The notes under the pieces were generated by a model. The model had not been told where the DNA came from. It saw only the letters and a program-made list of their open reading frames with translations, and did no database searches. A stretch of 64,000 bases of DNA, from the NCBI GenBank assembly GCA_028534125.1, contig CM052841.1, positions 21,824,001-21,888,000 on the forward strand, read 5' to 3'. Position 1 is the first letter of the stretch. Each line of letters opens with the position of its first letter. The stretch is from Lama glama (lineage: Eukaryota). Shown piece after piece: positions 39,766 through 53,370 of the stretch. The translations under genes and the position numbers were made by a program.

Positions 39766-39808
39766 AAGGAAGGAAGGAAGGAAGGGAGGGAGGGAGGGAG
39801 GAAGGAAG
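39766..39808. repeat. Compound (GGAA)n/(GGGA)n polypurine microsatellite
   Basis: Read directly. Confidence 0.95.
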
Positions 39809-41849
39809 ATAGATCTGCCCTGTATCTGGAAGTTTCCCAAATCTGGAAATCAGATATATGTAAAAAGTTTGAATACTCTTTTATCAATTTTCATCTTGAA
39901 TTGTATAATTCAAGTAGGAATTTTACAATGTTTCTCATTAATAGCATTTGATTTTTTTTTGTTTTGTTTTACAAACTAATATAATCCTTAAGTAAAAATA
40001 ATAAACTTTCTTTGATAGAAGAGATTCATAAGATCTTTTCAGTGAATTTTTTTTTGCATTGAAAGCTTTGGGATCTCTCTTACGAATGTTACGTGACTAC
40101 CCAGTTTTAATCAAAAAGAATGAACCAGCCAAGTTGCAAGGTGTGATTCTTAATTTTTATTCTTTGAAAATAAATTGCTGTCACATGAAGGAGATTGTAG
40201 ACACACCAATAGTTGTAGTTAAGGGATATGTGTGATAATTAGAGGCCTTAACTTCTTGTAAAAACTGGGGGGAAAAATTATCTCTGAGACGTTCCTTAAA
40301 GAGAAAGAGAGCTTTTCAAAATGAGTGGTTAGTAAAGGTCTCCTGTTTACCTGCCTGTGGAGAGGATTATAGGCATTTTCATTTACCATTAATTTCTACA
40401 GGTCCATCATTTTAAATAGGTTGGAGTGTTACTGACCACCTGATAGGATTTGGGGAATGTTGGGTAGAGTGGGCTTTGTTCTGCTAAGCATTGGTCATAC
40501 TGCCTGTATTTCTACTTTTCCAGCTTTTTCTTCTGGAAGTTTTGCGGCTCACTAACTCTTGGGATGGGTGGAGATACCACGTCCTTCTTAGAGAATACTT
40601 GAAGAAAGTTTCACTTAAGTGGGTTAAAATGAGCTGTCTAGATTGAATAAAAGTGCTTTGGCCTGGGAAAGGATGCCTCTGGAATTAGGAAGGGAAGTTT
40701 TTGGTAGAAAAGGTGAAGTGTTGCCAACAAATATCATTAATTTGTCTAGGGTCAGATATGGTTCTGAATTTAAGCTTGGGAATCATATTTCTATGTAATA
40801 AAATGTGGTCAGAGTATATACTACTGTACCTGGAGTTTTAGATCTGTGCTAATGACACGCAAAAGCTCACCAAGAGGCAGGTATTACCTGGTTTACTTTA
40901 TAAAGTATCTAGAATTGGGAAGATTTAACTTTAATAGAAGCTTCCTGAAATATTATCATTTCTTCTGAATTCTGTGCAAAATAGAGCCCCTTACATTCCT
41001 CTAGGAAAAAAAAAATACTAGGTGAAAATTCACGTATATACTAGAAGCTTTCATTTGGCTTTTGATTCAAAAGTCATTTGAATTAGTGATTATTTTTATC
41101 TGGGAAAAAATAACCTAGGATGTCTAATAGCAGTATAGAAAAATGAAGTCTACCTAAGACATGTAGTTCTGACCTTTCTCTCCCTGTATTCAAGCTGAGA
41201 ATCAGTCTGCTGTGTTCTCTTACTTCTGTTTTGCCAAAGGTTAATAATCAACCTTTCAAAAACCACTTGGTTCAGAATCCATTTATCCCAGATGTCTCTA
41301 GAAGCCTAATCACCACTTTATTCAAGGTGATTTAGAAGTGCTAGGAATGAAAGGTTCCAGAGAGATGAAGGCTAAGTCTTTGCTATTGACAGGTAATGTG
41401 TAAATAGCTGTCACATTGCCTTGAAGTCACTGTTAGCAGGAAGGAGGGAGGGGAAGAGGAATCTCCCATCTTATTCATGAAATTACTGGTCCTAGTTGAA
41501 TACCTTTGAGGTTTTCAGACCCAAATGCTAACTCCTCAAATGATATTATTTGTAATTTAGCACCTTCACAATGTATAGAACACTTTTATGTAAAAGATTT
41601 TGCTGATTAAAACAAAAGCCTGTTGGATTTTAAAATTATTATTAATGATTTATTTACAGTATTTTGAAAATAACATGCTTCTATTTCTTTTGATGGATTT
41701 CCTATAACTATCAGGCCCTCTACATCCTAGGAGAATTCATTTAAAAGTTGGCAGCACCAGGTTTTGTTAAATTTTCATGAAACAGTGGTCTCATTTCTGA
41801 ATATATAGTCACAGTGATGACTGCTTAATAGCTTAGTCTTCAGATATGA

Positions 41850-42500
41850 TTAATCATTCATTTGTTCATTTATTCATTCAAAAATGTCATAGTGTACTAG
41901 AATCCGGAGACTCATGCCTAGATCTTGATTCCATGAATAAATATATGTAACGTACCTTGATCTTTGTATCTCTCTAGAAAAAGAGGGAAGTTGGATTAAA
42001 AATACCTAGAATTACTTCTAGTCTGAAAGTTGTATGATTCATTTATTCATTGATGAGATATTTTGAATTCCTACTGTGTACAGACATCTTGAATTAGGAA
42101 TTTCTTGACCTCAAAGAGCTTATAACCCAATACAGAAGGTAGATAAATACAAATAAATACATGTATTCATAAAATGTTGAGCAATCACTGCAATGATGAT
42201 ACCTGGCAAAGTGCTAGAAATATTATGATGACTGAGGTGTGCTGTCCCTTTCTTCAAGGAACTCAGTTCACTGGGAGACATTGTTTTCCCAGATAATTGT
42301 AACATCCTTTGTAAAGAAGGAAATGGGCTCGAGGTATTAAGGAAGCATGTGGGTTGGTACCTCATTTAGCTGGGATTGCAGATGAGGAAGAAGTCAGGGA
42401 AGATATTTTTGAAGACAGCTAGCTGGGTCTAGAATATTTGTGTGAGGGGAAGGGGCAGGATCGTGGGCTAGTAATAATATAAGGCAGAAGGAATGGAATG
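41850..42500 (-). mobile_element. L2 3' end (antisense) with a MIR3-like piece (about 41885-42040) in its TTCA tail
   Basis: (TTCA)-like tail on both sides of a MIR3-like segment ending 'ttctagtctgaaagttgtatgattc'; L2 body 'ttgacctcaaagagcttataa'. Confidence 0.55.
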
Positions 42501-43038
42501 AGTAAAAAGAAGAGCAGCATCGAAGTCAAATTCATCATGAAACACAGTGGCCTTGTTTTGTGATTTTTTTTCCTACTGATTGTTTTGTTTTTTCAACGGA
42601 ATCAATGTGAAACACTCTTGGAAAACTACTCCTAAAATATTGTATCATTCAGAAAATGGAGAGATTACTTACAGCTAGGATAAACAGGAAAGACTGACTG
42701 AAGAAGGCAGTATTTGAAAGAGGGGGTTATATAGAGTTTATATGAGCACAGACATAGGAAACATACTTTAAGAGAGAGTGTTCTAGGTGATGAGAAGACC
42801 CCAAGACAGGAATGACATTTTTACCAGGAACAACACCCAAAACTGAGATGACTAGAGCCGTCTGCCCGAGGCAGCGCTGATGCTGATGCTGCAGACTTTT
42901 AGCACCACAGCCTTAACATTTGGCCATTTGTGTCCCTTCTTTGGAATTTTCAACAGAAAGGGCCTGGACTATGTTTCATAGTCATTTTTCCTGTTAAAAT
43001 TTTATAGTTTCTAGGCAGTTCATAGTGCATATGAGGGG

Positions 43039-43083
43039 TTTTTTTTTTGTTTTTTTGTTTTGTTTTGTTTTGTGTTGTTTTGT
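43039..43083. repeat. T-rich (TTTTG)n simple repeat
   Basis: Read directly. Confidence 0.85.
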
Positions 43084-45119
43084 ATGCCTCTTTCACTTTG
43101 TAAATATGTGCTGAATACTTAACCATGTTTTAGGATCTGTGCTGGACAGACTCTGCCCCCAGGAAGCTTCAGTTAGTGAGAGTTACTGATGGTCTACTCG
43201 GATCTGTTCTTTCAAATCTTGTCTTAACTCATTTCACCTTTGGGATCTCCCTCTGTCCTTCATTGAGCTGCTTTGCAGTGGGGACATTGTCAGAATAGTA
43301 GTGTCTGATTATCAGCTTTCAGTTTGCCATTATTCTCACAGTCAAACAGCAAGATAAGGAATGTGACTCCCAGGGTTGGTTGGTTGGTTGTTTAAGGAAC
43401 ATGATTGAAAAAAATACGGGAGGCTTAGCTATTCCTACAGATTCCTAAACAGTGATTCCTTGGCTGGCTTCCTTCTTGAAGCAGAAATACACCAAAACCA
43501 TAGAGCAAGCAGTTCTCCCAAATATACCTTTTGTCATATGTTTGTGACAGTAGTTTTAAGAACTGCACCAGCCCCAGAGAGTGTATTGGTCTATAAATGA
43601 AACTTGCTATATATACTTTTTACATTCAGTGTATTTCTTTTCAGAGAAGATATTTTCAATTCCTATCCCACTGGTGATTTTATTCTATATCCACCTTTCC
43701 TGGGAACCCTGGTTTATAACTTTCACATACATGATCTATAATCGTTCAGAACTAGTCCTAAAGAAACTGGAATCTCATAAAGTTTGTCTTGTAATTTTCA
43801 TGCTGTACACAAACAATACTTGAACTGAGACTTTCTATTTCTATAATATACTGTGGTTTCAGGAAGTATATTAATACTATTAACGGCAAAACTGCGATGA
43901 TTAATCTACCCCAATACTTCATGATAGGCACTTTAGAAACCATAAGGTCAGTTCCTCCTAAAGTTGAAGTATTTTAAGGTGGGTTTTACTGTTTAAAATT
44001 AAAATAGAAGAAACTAAACATTCTGCATTTTCTTTTCTCCTTACTTTTGATAGCTAAACAGTTTAATGTACTTCTGTGTGTAGAATGTTTATTAGGTTAA
44101 GCATTATCTTCCCAGTATATTTAGGTAAAAAAAAAAACTATTTGTATTTTCTCGACGGTGGCAATATAGATAAAAAACAAAGTGTCAAGGAGAGAAAAAT
44201 GTGAGAGGAAAGTGCTTCCTGGAACACTACTCATGCTTAGGAATTACATTCCAAATTCAAGTCTAATGCAATGTGTAGCGCTTAATATTTGATGAGAAAA
44301 TAAATCTCATCCTTTTTATGGGTAGTGAATTAATAGCTTATTACTTAAGCAACCAAATGTGGTTCTCATACAAAAACAGTGCTATAGGAAATTATTATTC
44401 TAGGACATAGGCACATGTTAAATAGCAGTGAGGTGATCACAAAAAAAGCCTATAACCTCAGGGAGAGTTTCCATGTGTGAGGAGCTGTCACATCTGGCAG
44501 TGGGAGCTCTCAAGTCCTCCAGCCCCACCTCTTCCCTGACCTCCCCCAAGTTTACATCACCATGGTTTGTTGAGCTCCTAGCCACTGTGGTTAGCTCAAA
44601 ACTCCACTTATGGGGAGCAGACCTCACCGCCACATTCTGTTTCCCCCTTATGTTGAGTTCTTATTTTTTGTCTTTGCAGCTACTTTCATAACTACCTTCA
44701 CTTGAGGGCATTTTGCAGTGAAGAATCTATTGTACTTTTACAGACAAATTTTGTCAAAGGTTTTCATAACCCGTAGATAAATTGCACTCATCTTGTGATT
44801 TTCTTGAACCTTACCACTTCCGGTATACCTAGAGTATGGGGAACGTAAATGTGATTAATTGGATAGTAGATATTTATATTGCTTAGATTGGTCAGATCTG
44901 TTTTTAAACACTTCTTCAGGTTCTTCCTTCATGAAGCAAACATGCAAACCAATGAACTGCACTTAACCACACAATTAGATGAACAAAACTTTCCAAAGTT
45001 TCTTGCCTTGTTGAGAACAGTGTGGCATGACTCAATTGTGCATGTTAACTCCTAAGAAGAATCTGTTGAAACATGTTATATGTTTGTGTGAATATGTACA
45101 CATATATAATATGTGTATA

Positions 45120-45503
45120 TATTTTCATTTACATATGATTGATACATGATAAGTTACACATATTTAGGACCCTACAGAGTGTTAAGTTTTGACTCATGGA
45201 CACACCTGTGAAACTACTGTCGGATTTGTAATCCCTCTGTCTCAGCCCTCTTTCCCCTAGCTTGGTTCCCAGCACTCCCCAAGCAAATGCTGATCCTCTC
45301 TGTCGCTATATTTTTGTTTTTGTTTTCTAGCATTTTATATGAATGGGATCATGCAATATGTACACTTTTTTTGCCTGGCTTATATTAAGCATAATTATTC
45401 CAAGATTAATCCATGTTGGTGTATGTATCAGTAAGTTAACTCTTTATTGCTGAATAGTATTCCAATGTTTTGAGTATATTAGTTTGTTTATCCAGGTACC
45501 TGT
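45120..45503 (-). mobile_element. L1 (L1MB/L1MC-type) 3' UTR
   Basis: 'gttttgactcatggacacacctgtgaaac...ttttatatgaatgggatcatgcaatatgtac...tttattgctgaatagtattcca...gtttatcca'. Confidence 0.8.
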
Positions 45504-45810
45504 CTTTCGAAAAAATGATGCTAGAAAGGGTATGTAAATGCCAAAAGAAAATCAAAACTTACAATCATACCTTGTACCTGATACAAAAATTAATTTATAG
45601 ATCCAAATGTAAAAAAAAAAAAGCGTAAAACCATTAAACTGATGAAAAAAGCATAGAAAATCTTTGTGATTTGAATTAGGAAGTATTTCCCCAAAACCAC
45701 AATCTCTAAAGAAAATATTGTTAACTTGAAATCATCAACATTCAAAACTTCTCTCAAAAGATATTTAAGAGAAAATCAAACCATAGATTTAGGGGAAAGT
45801 TTTAAAAATA
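45504..45810 (+). mobile_element. L1 ORF2 segment in the opposite orientation, abutting the previous fragment
   Basis: 'ctttcgaaaaaatgatgctagaa...atacaaaaattaat...gaaaatctttgtgatttgaattagg...tcatcaacattcaaaacttct'. Confidence 0.75.
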
Positions 45811-46679
45811 TTTAAATTTTAAAACATGCAGAAAAAAAGTATAAAGAGGTATATAAGAATACCATTATATGAAATTTTTAGAGTATCGATTTAGCTTAAA
45901 ATTTGGCTATAGTAAATAAATTGAGGAATGAGGATTGATAGCCTATCAATAAGCCCTAAGTACTCTTCACTTTGTAACCCTTTTATCAAACCTGTAATTG
46001 ACTGAAGTCTATAGAAAATTTTGTTATTAAACCAAATGGGAAAATGGGGAGCTTTCTGCAACTGTCACCAGTGGGGCTATGAATTTCTGCTTCCTTTAAA
46101 TGTATAAATTACTTTTTCTCCGTCTAACAGCAGTTCATTTTGATATAAGTTATTCACAGTTTTTTGTTTCAGTAATAGAGCCTTCAGGGAAGTGTGCTAA
46201 CTTTTTAACTTTATTGGGTGTATTAGTGGCTTTCTAGTGCCCTGACACATGCACTTTTACAAACTGCATAACTTTTAAAGCAGTTGTGGTTTTGTTAAGC
46301 TTCTGGCTTGTCATTGGAAGCATCTAGATCATTAAAATGTATTTATTTAGACATTTCAACTATCACCCTCATCATCTACAGCAGAGCCAACACTGCTTTC
46401 CAGTCCTGGGTTGAAAAAGAGGAGGGATTCCTTTCTAAAGGCTTGATTAAAGTAATGAACTCTAGAAATTTGAATCTGTGAATACCATGGCTATTGAAGG
46501 AGACTGTAGTCTTTGTGACTATAAAAAGGAGGGAGAACTTTTGCAATTCTGTTTGCATGTGGGCAGGGAACCCTGAAGAATTGATTTACCATCTGGATCC
46601 TATCAACATTAGACTGAAAAAAACACAAAAGACATATCCATTTACTAGTAGAGATCTCATTCTTAAACATTGTTTACAC

Positions 46680-46750
46680 CTGTTTTGGAAAATATTTTAT
46701 ATACTTTTTACAGGCACAGCCTAAGTACATCACTTTGAGAAACCACTGCT
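46680..46750. mobile_element. hAT-Charlie (MER5-like) terminus
   Basis: 'cactttgagaaaccactgc' terminal motif. Confidence 0.4.
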
Positions 46751-49700
46751 TAGCCTAAAGTCTCTGAAGGGTATTATTTGTTTGATGGTTTGAGGGGAGG
46801 AGTAACTACAAAAGTATATCCATCCTTAGCATTGCTACACCATCTGACTACAGTTGATTGAATGACTTTATTCAGCTTTTGTCCAGGGTTATAGACACTC
46901 ATATATACACATATATTTTGTTCAGTTTATTACATGTTGATTACTCTTAATATGAAAGAGCTTCTTTGGCACTGAAACAGTATATGCGTATTTAAAATTG
47001 ATAATGACTACTATCCATTTGAATTGCTTCTATCTAAATTTCCTAGTTTGTTTTCTCCCATACCCTATTTTGCATTTGGCCTTGTTATCAACAAAGTTTA
47101 AAACTTTGTTATATACAAAAATACATGATTTACTTAGATTTTAAAAATCCATCTCATCCTTTTAATTTCATTTATTTCCATCTGTGGATTATAACTTGCT
47201 GAATTAAGAGATTACAAAATGTGTTGAATCTGTAATAAATCTTTAAAAAGCAGTATGATGACTTTTTAGGTTATGCAAATTGAGGCCTGCATAAAACATA
47301 ATCCTTCACTCATTGAAAAGAGAAGTAGCATTAGTTCTGAGTTTACATCTCCCTTGATATCCAGCTCTCTTGCTTGCTTACTATACTTGAACTTTCCCTG
47401 AGAATGCCTGTGATAATAGTTGAAGATAGTAGGAATGAAATCAATGTGCTTTTACCTAGTGGAAGAGATAGAAAAGTGGTCAATAAAGACTTCTACAAAT
47501 TCATATTAATTGCTCTAGGTAGACATGAATACCTAATGAAGCTTTACATTTACAGTGGAAATGTGTTTTGAAAGTCAAAATGGTATTCTTTTAGTCAGCT
47601 GCTCTTGGAGCTGTAAATTATACCTGTGACAGTTAAACTACTAGGCTCAAGGATTCAGCAGAGGTGTTAGTTTGAAATGTGTTGGGGGGATTTCTTTGCA
47701 GGCCAGCTTTATAGCACATTTCTTAAAGTTGTAACTGAAATGGGTACTGGAACTATAGTATGGTTTTTTGAATGGAAATGGAAGAGTGAATCTGTTAGGC
47801 TTCTTGTCCTTGATAACTGGAATTTATTACATTGCCCTCATCATGAGGACATCGCCAAAGGATGGAATTTAAGGATGGTAACTTCTGTCTTTTCCACTCA
47901 AATAAAAATAGGCATAGATCTGGCCCTAAACAGATTTTAAAGGGAAAAACTACTGTGTTAAATAAAATTTGATCATAAGTGATATAATATGAGTATTTGA
48001 ATTATTGGATGTTTCTCATTTGTTTTTTAAAAGAAAATCAATTAGGGACTAATTATATCAATTTAATGAGAATAAAAACAGTTTGGCTTAAATCTAATAG
48101 AAAAATAAAAAACTTAGCTTGTACTTAATCCCGCATCTATCATGAAAGCATTTGTACCTCTTATGAATATTTTTACTAAATCATTAAATGCAGTATCTTG
48201 AACCTTTATTGTATTAACATTTTTTTTTAAATGCCAAGCACTATTTTGTGGCCATCTGCCATTTTATTTCAGTTCATCACTGCATATAAGCAAATTAATG
48301 ATAAGTCCTAAAGTAAATGATCAGTGACAACAACAAAAATAAAATGAGATACACGTTTGATTACGCAGAAGTTTTATACAACAGGCCAAACCAGCTGATT
48401 TGCTAAATTCAAGGTTTCACCTGCCATGAAAACTGTTGAAATATACCTTTCAGAGAAGTGAAAATTTGACACAATTTAAAAGATTGTTTCTGGGCTCTCA
48501 TCAGAGCAGTTTTGAAGATGTGCGAATTACTCAAGCTTTCTGGGAGGTGCCTGATGGAGAACCTGAGATTAGAGTATGACATGGTTCTGGGACACTAGCA
48601 TGTGGTGATACCCCATTCTGACAGGGAGAAAAAGAGGAAATGAATATGTCACCACTGCTTGGAAGTGAATCCCTGGTAAGGAAACAGTACACATGATTCA
48701 GTTCAGGTTTTTTTCTCCCTGGCAAGGCTGAATGAAAAAAACAAAAAGGAGTGAAGATACAGGGGATGAAGAAGAGACATCTTTAAGTTGTTTCCATTTG
48801 TATAAGAAAATAGCTAATTACTGATCCTGGCCAAATGATGACTATATAGCATTTAAAGTTAAAAAAACAGTCAGACTTCAGTAGGAAGAAGAGACTTGAT
48901 TTCTCTCTCCATTTTTGACATTGTCTTAAGCATGTTACTGTTATTTTGAAATTGAGAGACAAGACAAAAGCTTATTTATTTATTGTGGCAGAAATAATAG
49001 ATTAATTAGATACACTGATCCCCCTCCCCCCAGAACTACATTTAATAAACTCTAAGGTATTTCCTAAGTCTAAAATGGTGGCATTAAGAAAAAAACACAT
49101 TACAGTAAATATAAATACGGGATAGTGATGTTTAGTTTCTTTTTTTAGATTTTTTCCTAAATCTATATATGTATGTATGCATATTATAAATATAAACTAT
49201 ATTTATAGATCTATTATAATATATAATACACAAATTTATGAATGACAAAGGTTAAATTTGTAACTATGGAAAAAAGATTTAGCTTCCAAAATAAATTTTT
49301 ATAATAAAATGAACTGTAATAGGTAACATTTGGCTTCTAATAACAAACCATGATATTTATTGACTTCTTGCTACATATCAGGTGCTGTACTGGTGTTGGG
49401 CACGCTGTTAACTGTAGTGAGTCCTCTCTCAGAAGTAATAACCCTTCCTTTGCAGGGTCCCTGAGTAACATAAAAGTAGAAACTTCTAGTGCATTCATGG
49501 CACGTGGTGAAAGGTAGTATTTGCCACAGAGTACGTTCCCCTCGATCTCAGTTAAGACCACCAAACTGCATTACCTTGTTGACTCCCTTCAAATGTGGCC
49601 CCAATCCCTATGGGTGCCCCTTTTCTTCCACTGTCCATCCTTTCCTGTACCACACATTACTTACTAATAGTCATCAACTTCTGCTGTAGCGTTTTCTGGT

Positions 49701-52354
49701 ATAAAACAACCAATATATTTTCTTTAAGGAGAATTTAAAGCTATATAAGCATAAAAAGACAATAAAGGACACCTGGAGACTTTGTGTTGGCTTCTCTCCC
49801 TATTTTGCTAGGCTGCTCGTGTTTGTATGGTCAGTGACATGCATAGGTTTGGGTCTGTGACCTGTACTATCTCCTTTAGCCTCCTTACCAATTTAGATGC
49901 TTAAACTTCAGGTTTCTCAACCTTAAACTTTTTTTTTTAAACCTATCAAAAATGACGAATTCCTACATTCTAAGCCAGAAGCACATGTGACTGTGTGCAT
50001 AGTGAAAGTGGCCCCAAATATAGTAAAACCTTACATATATGAAAGTGAGATTCCTTGGACAGGGAGGAATGCATAATTATCTAATTGAATGCATATTTAT
50101 TACAATAGCTATGATGATAGAATACACATATGTACATACAGCATAGCGTTTGCTGGATAATCTTTGCTCTATCACCTTATTTTGATGGCCTTACAATATC
50201 CTTTATATAGTCTAAATCATTTCTAAGAAGTAGAAGCCATTGACTGGCCACAAAAGATTTTGTTTTGTTTTGTTTTTTGATTAGTATGTATCATACATTC
50301 AGTCATAGACTGTTAGAAAAACATTTATGGTTAAGTTTATTTTCAGTGTTTGGCAACAGAATTTCAACTATGAACAGTGGTGAGTAACCAAACATGGCCC
50401 AACTTAGTGGTGACATATGTTCTACACATAGTGAAGACGAATACAGCCTAAGAAACTAGACATTTATATACAAAATGTCTTTAACTTTGTAGGGACTTCC
50501 AGATATATTTTTAGCTTCTTTCGTGACAGCAGGGTAAGAATGACAGAAGTCTGAAGCAGGGTGAGAGCTTGGAATTCTTCCCTTCTGTTCTGCAAAACAA
50601 TATAATCCCAGATGTTTTCCCAAAGGATAGCATGCTCTTTTGAAATCAGCCAAGACACATTCTTTATATCCCATCTGTCTCCCGTTCCACGTCAGAAATG
50701 AAGATGTCTTCATGGATCTTCATCTGCCCCGTCCCTTTTCTGTGTTCCCATAATGAGCTGAAGGTGGAAATAAAAATTCTAGAATGGACCTTGACCCATG
50801 TAAAGTGAAGTGTTTTTCATTAATCTTATTTCCCACATTTCATTTGTCTACATTCTATGCTCAGGTGCTTCATCTTCATGTGTTGATTCTCTCTAGGAAG
50901 TGGACTAGGTATCCTTTCCTCCAATTTAGGTTTCATTGATCACCTCACTGCCCCTGCCAGAGCACTAGGAGCTGCATTCTAAGTTGTGTCTGGAATAGAA
51001 ATATAATCCTAATTTTGGGAGATGTCCAAAGAAAGATGACAGGAACCCAGATGGCAACAAGCCTTACGATACTCCTGCCATTCAAAGCCAGTGCTTTTTC
51101 TTAGAAATTTGGATTTAGGATTTCGCATCAAATTCTCAGGAGTTGGGGGTGGGGGTGGCAATCCATGTGAATTAAGATAAAAATCTTCCTGGAAAAAATC
51201 ATAGGAACATCTTTTACACTAACTCTCAGCTTGCCAAAATTAAAGGATGGATGATTACCAAGTAGAAGTTTTGTTTGCTCTTTTTCTCTATGAGTCTTAA
51301 ATTTGAGAGAACATCTGTTTTTATTCTCAGAGTTTTATATATCACAAGCGGAAAAATTTGTTTTCTTTTGATACTGCGATTTTGAGCAGATTGAAAGCTA
51401 CTAACTTTAAGAAACAATGGCTTGCGTGTGTCTTTGTGTATGTGTGTTTACAATCAAGCAACTGGATTTGTTGATAGGCAAGTCATGTATTCATAGGTGT
51501 AGAGAGATTTCAGTTTCAAGATGGTGAACTCTGACCCTGGATCAGCTTACTCTCCCCACACCAAAGCCTATGAAAATGATAGAAAAGGCATACAAACTCA
51601 AATATGTTGGTGTGTTATGAATTTTATGGACCTAAGTCTGCTTCTTATTTCTTTTGACACTTCTATAGTATGTATTCCAGTGGGTCATAATAAACATTTG
51701 TTGGACAGTGAATGGATTTCTGTCCCAAGATTAAGTTGATTTCCTAGCAGACTCTATAAAATTCTATCTCAGTGAATACTTAGCCATCTAACTTCACCTG
51801 AATACAGGTTAGACTTGATGAGTCTGCTACTCAGTATCCGTATTTTAACCTGTTGAAGAATAGATGTCACTATTGCCCTTTGGATGGTTTCTTTGTTGGG
51901 CAAAGCAAACTGCGTGCTGTTCTGTTTCTAATCTGTTCACATACCTCTGAAAACTGCGCATAGTATACTCCCAGTTTAAGAACCTTGACCACAGGTTATT
52001 TGTGGCTGTATTTAGGTGCCTAAGAAATTTTTCTCTACTTTATATTTTTCTATATTTGGTAATTCTATGTAGTGAAATATATTTCTCTGATAAGAAAACA
52101 GAAGAAAGTGATATTTACCCCCATTTCCAACAGCATTGGATTTTGTTTTCTGTTCTTCAAAACCTAATTCAAAATCCTGTTAATAAAGCTTTACTTTTGT
52201 AATTCTCCCCTTCTTGTCTGTAATCTGTGGTCTTTTTTTCCCTCTGAATCTCTTAGGAGCCCTGCGTCCTCCTTTCTTATATCACAGTGTACATGCCTCC
52301 TCTCCTTACGTGACAGAGAATTTGGGGGCTAACAAAAAGGTCATCCTTTATTAA

Positions 52355-52470
52355 AACATGGTCATGCAGCCTCTCTGAGCCTATCCATACATCTCTAAGA
52401 ATGATGGTTCTTGTAGGGTTTGGGCTGTTAAAGGAGATAATGCATTTTACAGTGCCCAGCCTTCTACCTG
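52355..52470 (+). mobile_element. MIR fragment
   Basis: 'gtcatgcagcctctctgagcct...catctctaagaatg...aaaggagataatgcattttacagtgcccagc'. Confidence 0.6.
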
Positions 52471-52989
52471 TCAGAGATAAACCTCAGTTCCCCTCTCCTA
52501 CTTCTTTTCGATCTGTCTTACTTATCATGATTTCTCCTTGAAGGTAGTTGTTGGTTTGCATGGAGTATGTGTCTAGCAGATGATGGATGAATGAAGGATT
52601 GAGCTAATTAATTTAGGATGGAACTCATGCATTTCACTTCTTCAACTCACCAGAAGATAAGTTAAAGCAAAGCAAATGCTGCCTGTTTTTGTGCCACACC
52701 AGGTGACGTAGGTCCACTGTTTAGGTTAGTTCATACTGCTCAAGGTCAGAGTGACTCTGCAGTGACTATTTCTTGCTTCTCTAGAAGGCTTTCTTGTACT
52801 AGTATTTTTATCTTCTAATTATTTTTGTAAAGGAACCATTAAAGAAAAAAAAATTTTTTCCTAGCATTTTTAAGTTGATTCAGGGTCAGAGTGCAGTTGT
52901 CATCTGTGAAATGATGAGATAAACCTTGTAAACCAGGCCATTTGTGTTTTGCCCAACTCTGGTTGCAAGAAGTTTAGCATGGCAGCCAT

Positions 52990-53370
52990 TCTAATTATCC
53001 TTCCAATTCAGTGATTGAGTTGGTGCTTTTTCTACTCTGGGCCAGCTTAACTGAGCTGTACTTACTCTCTCATACATCTGCAGTCATGTGGCAGGATAGC
53101 TGATGGCTTGATGGTGTGAAATATGATCAGTCACACTTCTGAGATTTGGTAGGCTATTGGCTCCAACAACAGAAACAGCTGGGCCACATGCCCTGGAAGT
53201 CTATTTCACATGGTGGCAGTCATAGGGGTGATAGGCCAAGTGCTGCTTGTGTCACACTTGCTAATTCATTGCCTAAAGCAAGCCACACGGCCAACTCAGA
53301 ATTAAGAGTTGATGGTCATTTTCATTCTACCACAGAACATAGGGGAAGGGGTGAATATTCTTGTGGTCCT
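52990..53370 (-). mobile_element. ERVL-MaLR LTR (old MLT1G/H-like)
   Basis: 'ctcatacatctgcagtca...tgcttgtgtcacacttgctaattcattgcctaaagcaagccacacggccaactcaga'. Confidence 0.7.

Noticed and set aside
47250-47345. C/D-box snoRNA-like spacing (ATGATGA ... CTGA, about 85 nt)
   Set aside because: No convincing terminal stem or recognisable rRNA/snRNA antisense element; such boxes occur by chance. The same applies to the pair near 2858-2974.
48505-48680. Exon-like stretch ending CTG|gtaagg
   Set aside because: The two frames I translated hit stops, the acceptor is weak, and the peptide is unrecognisable.
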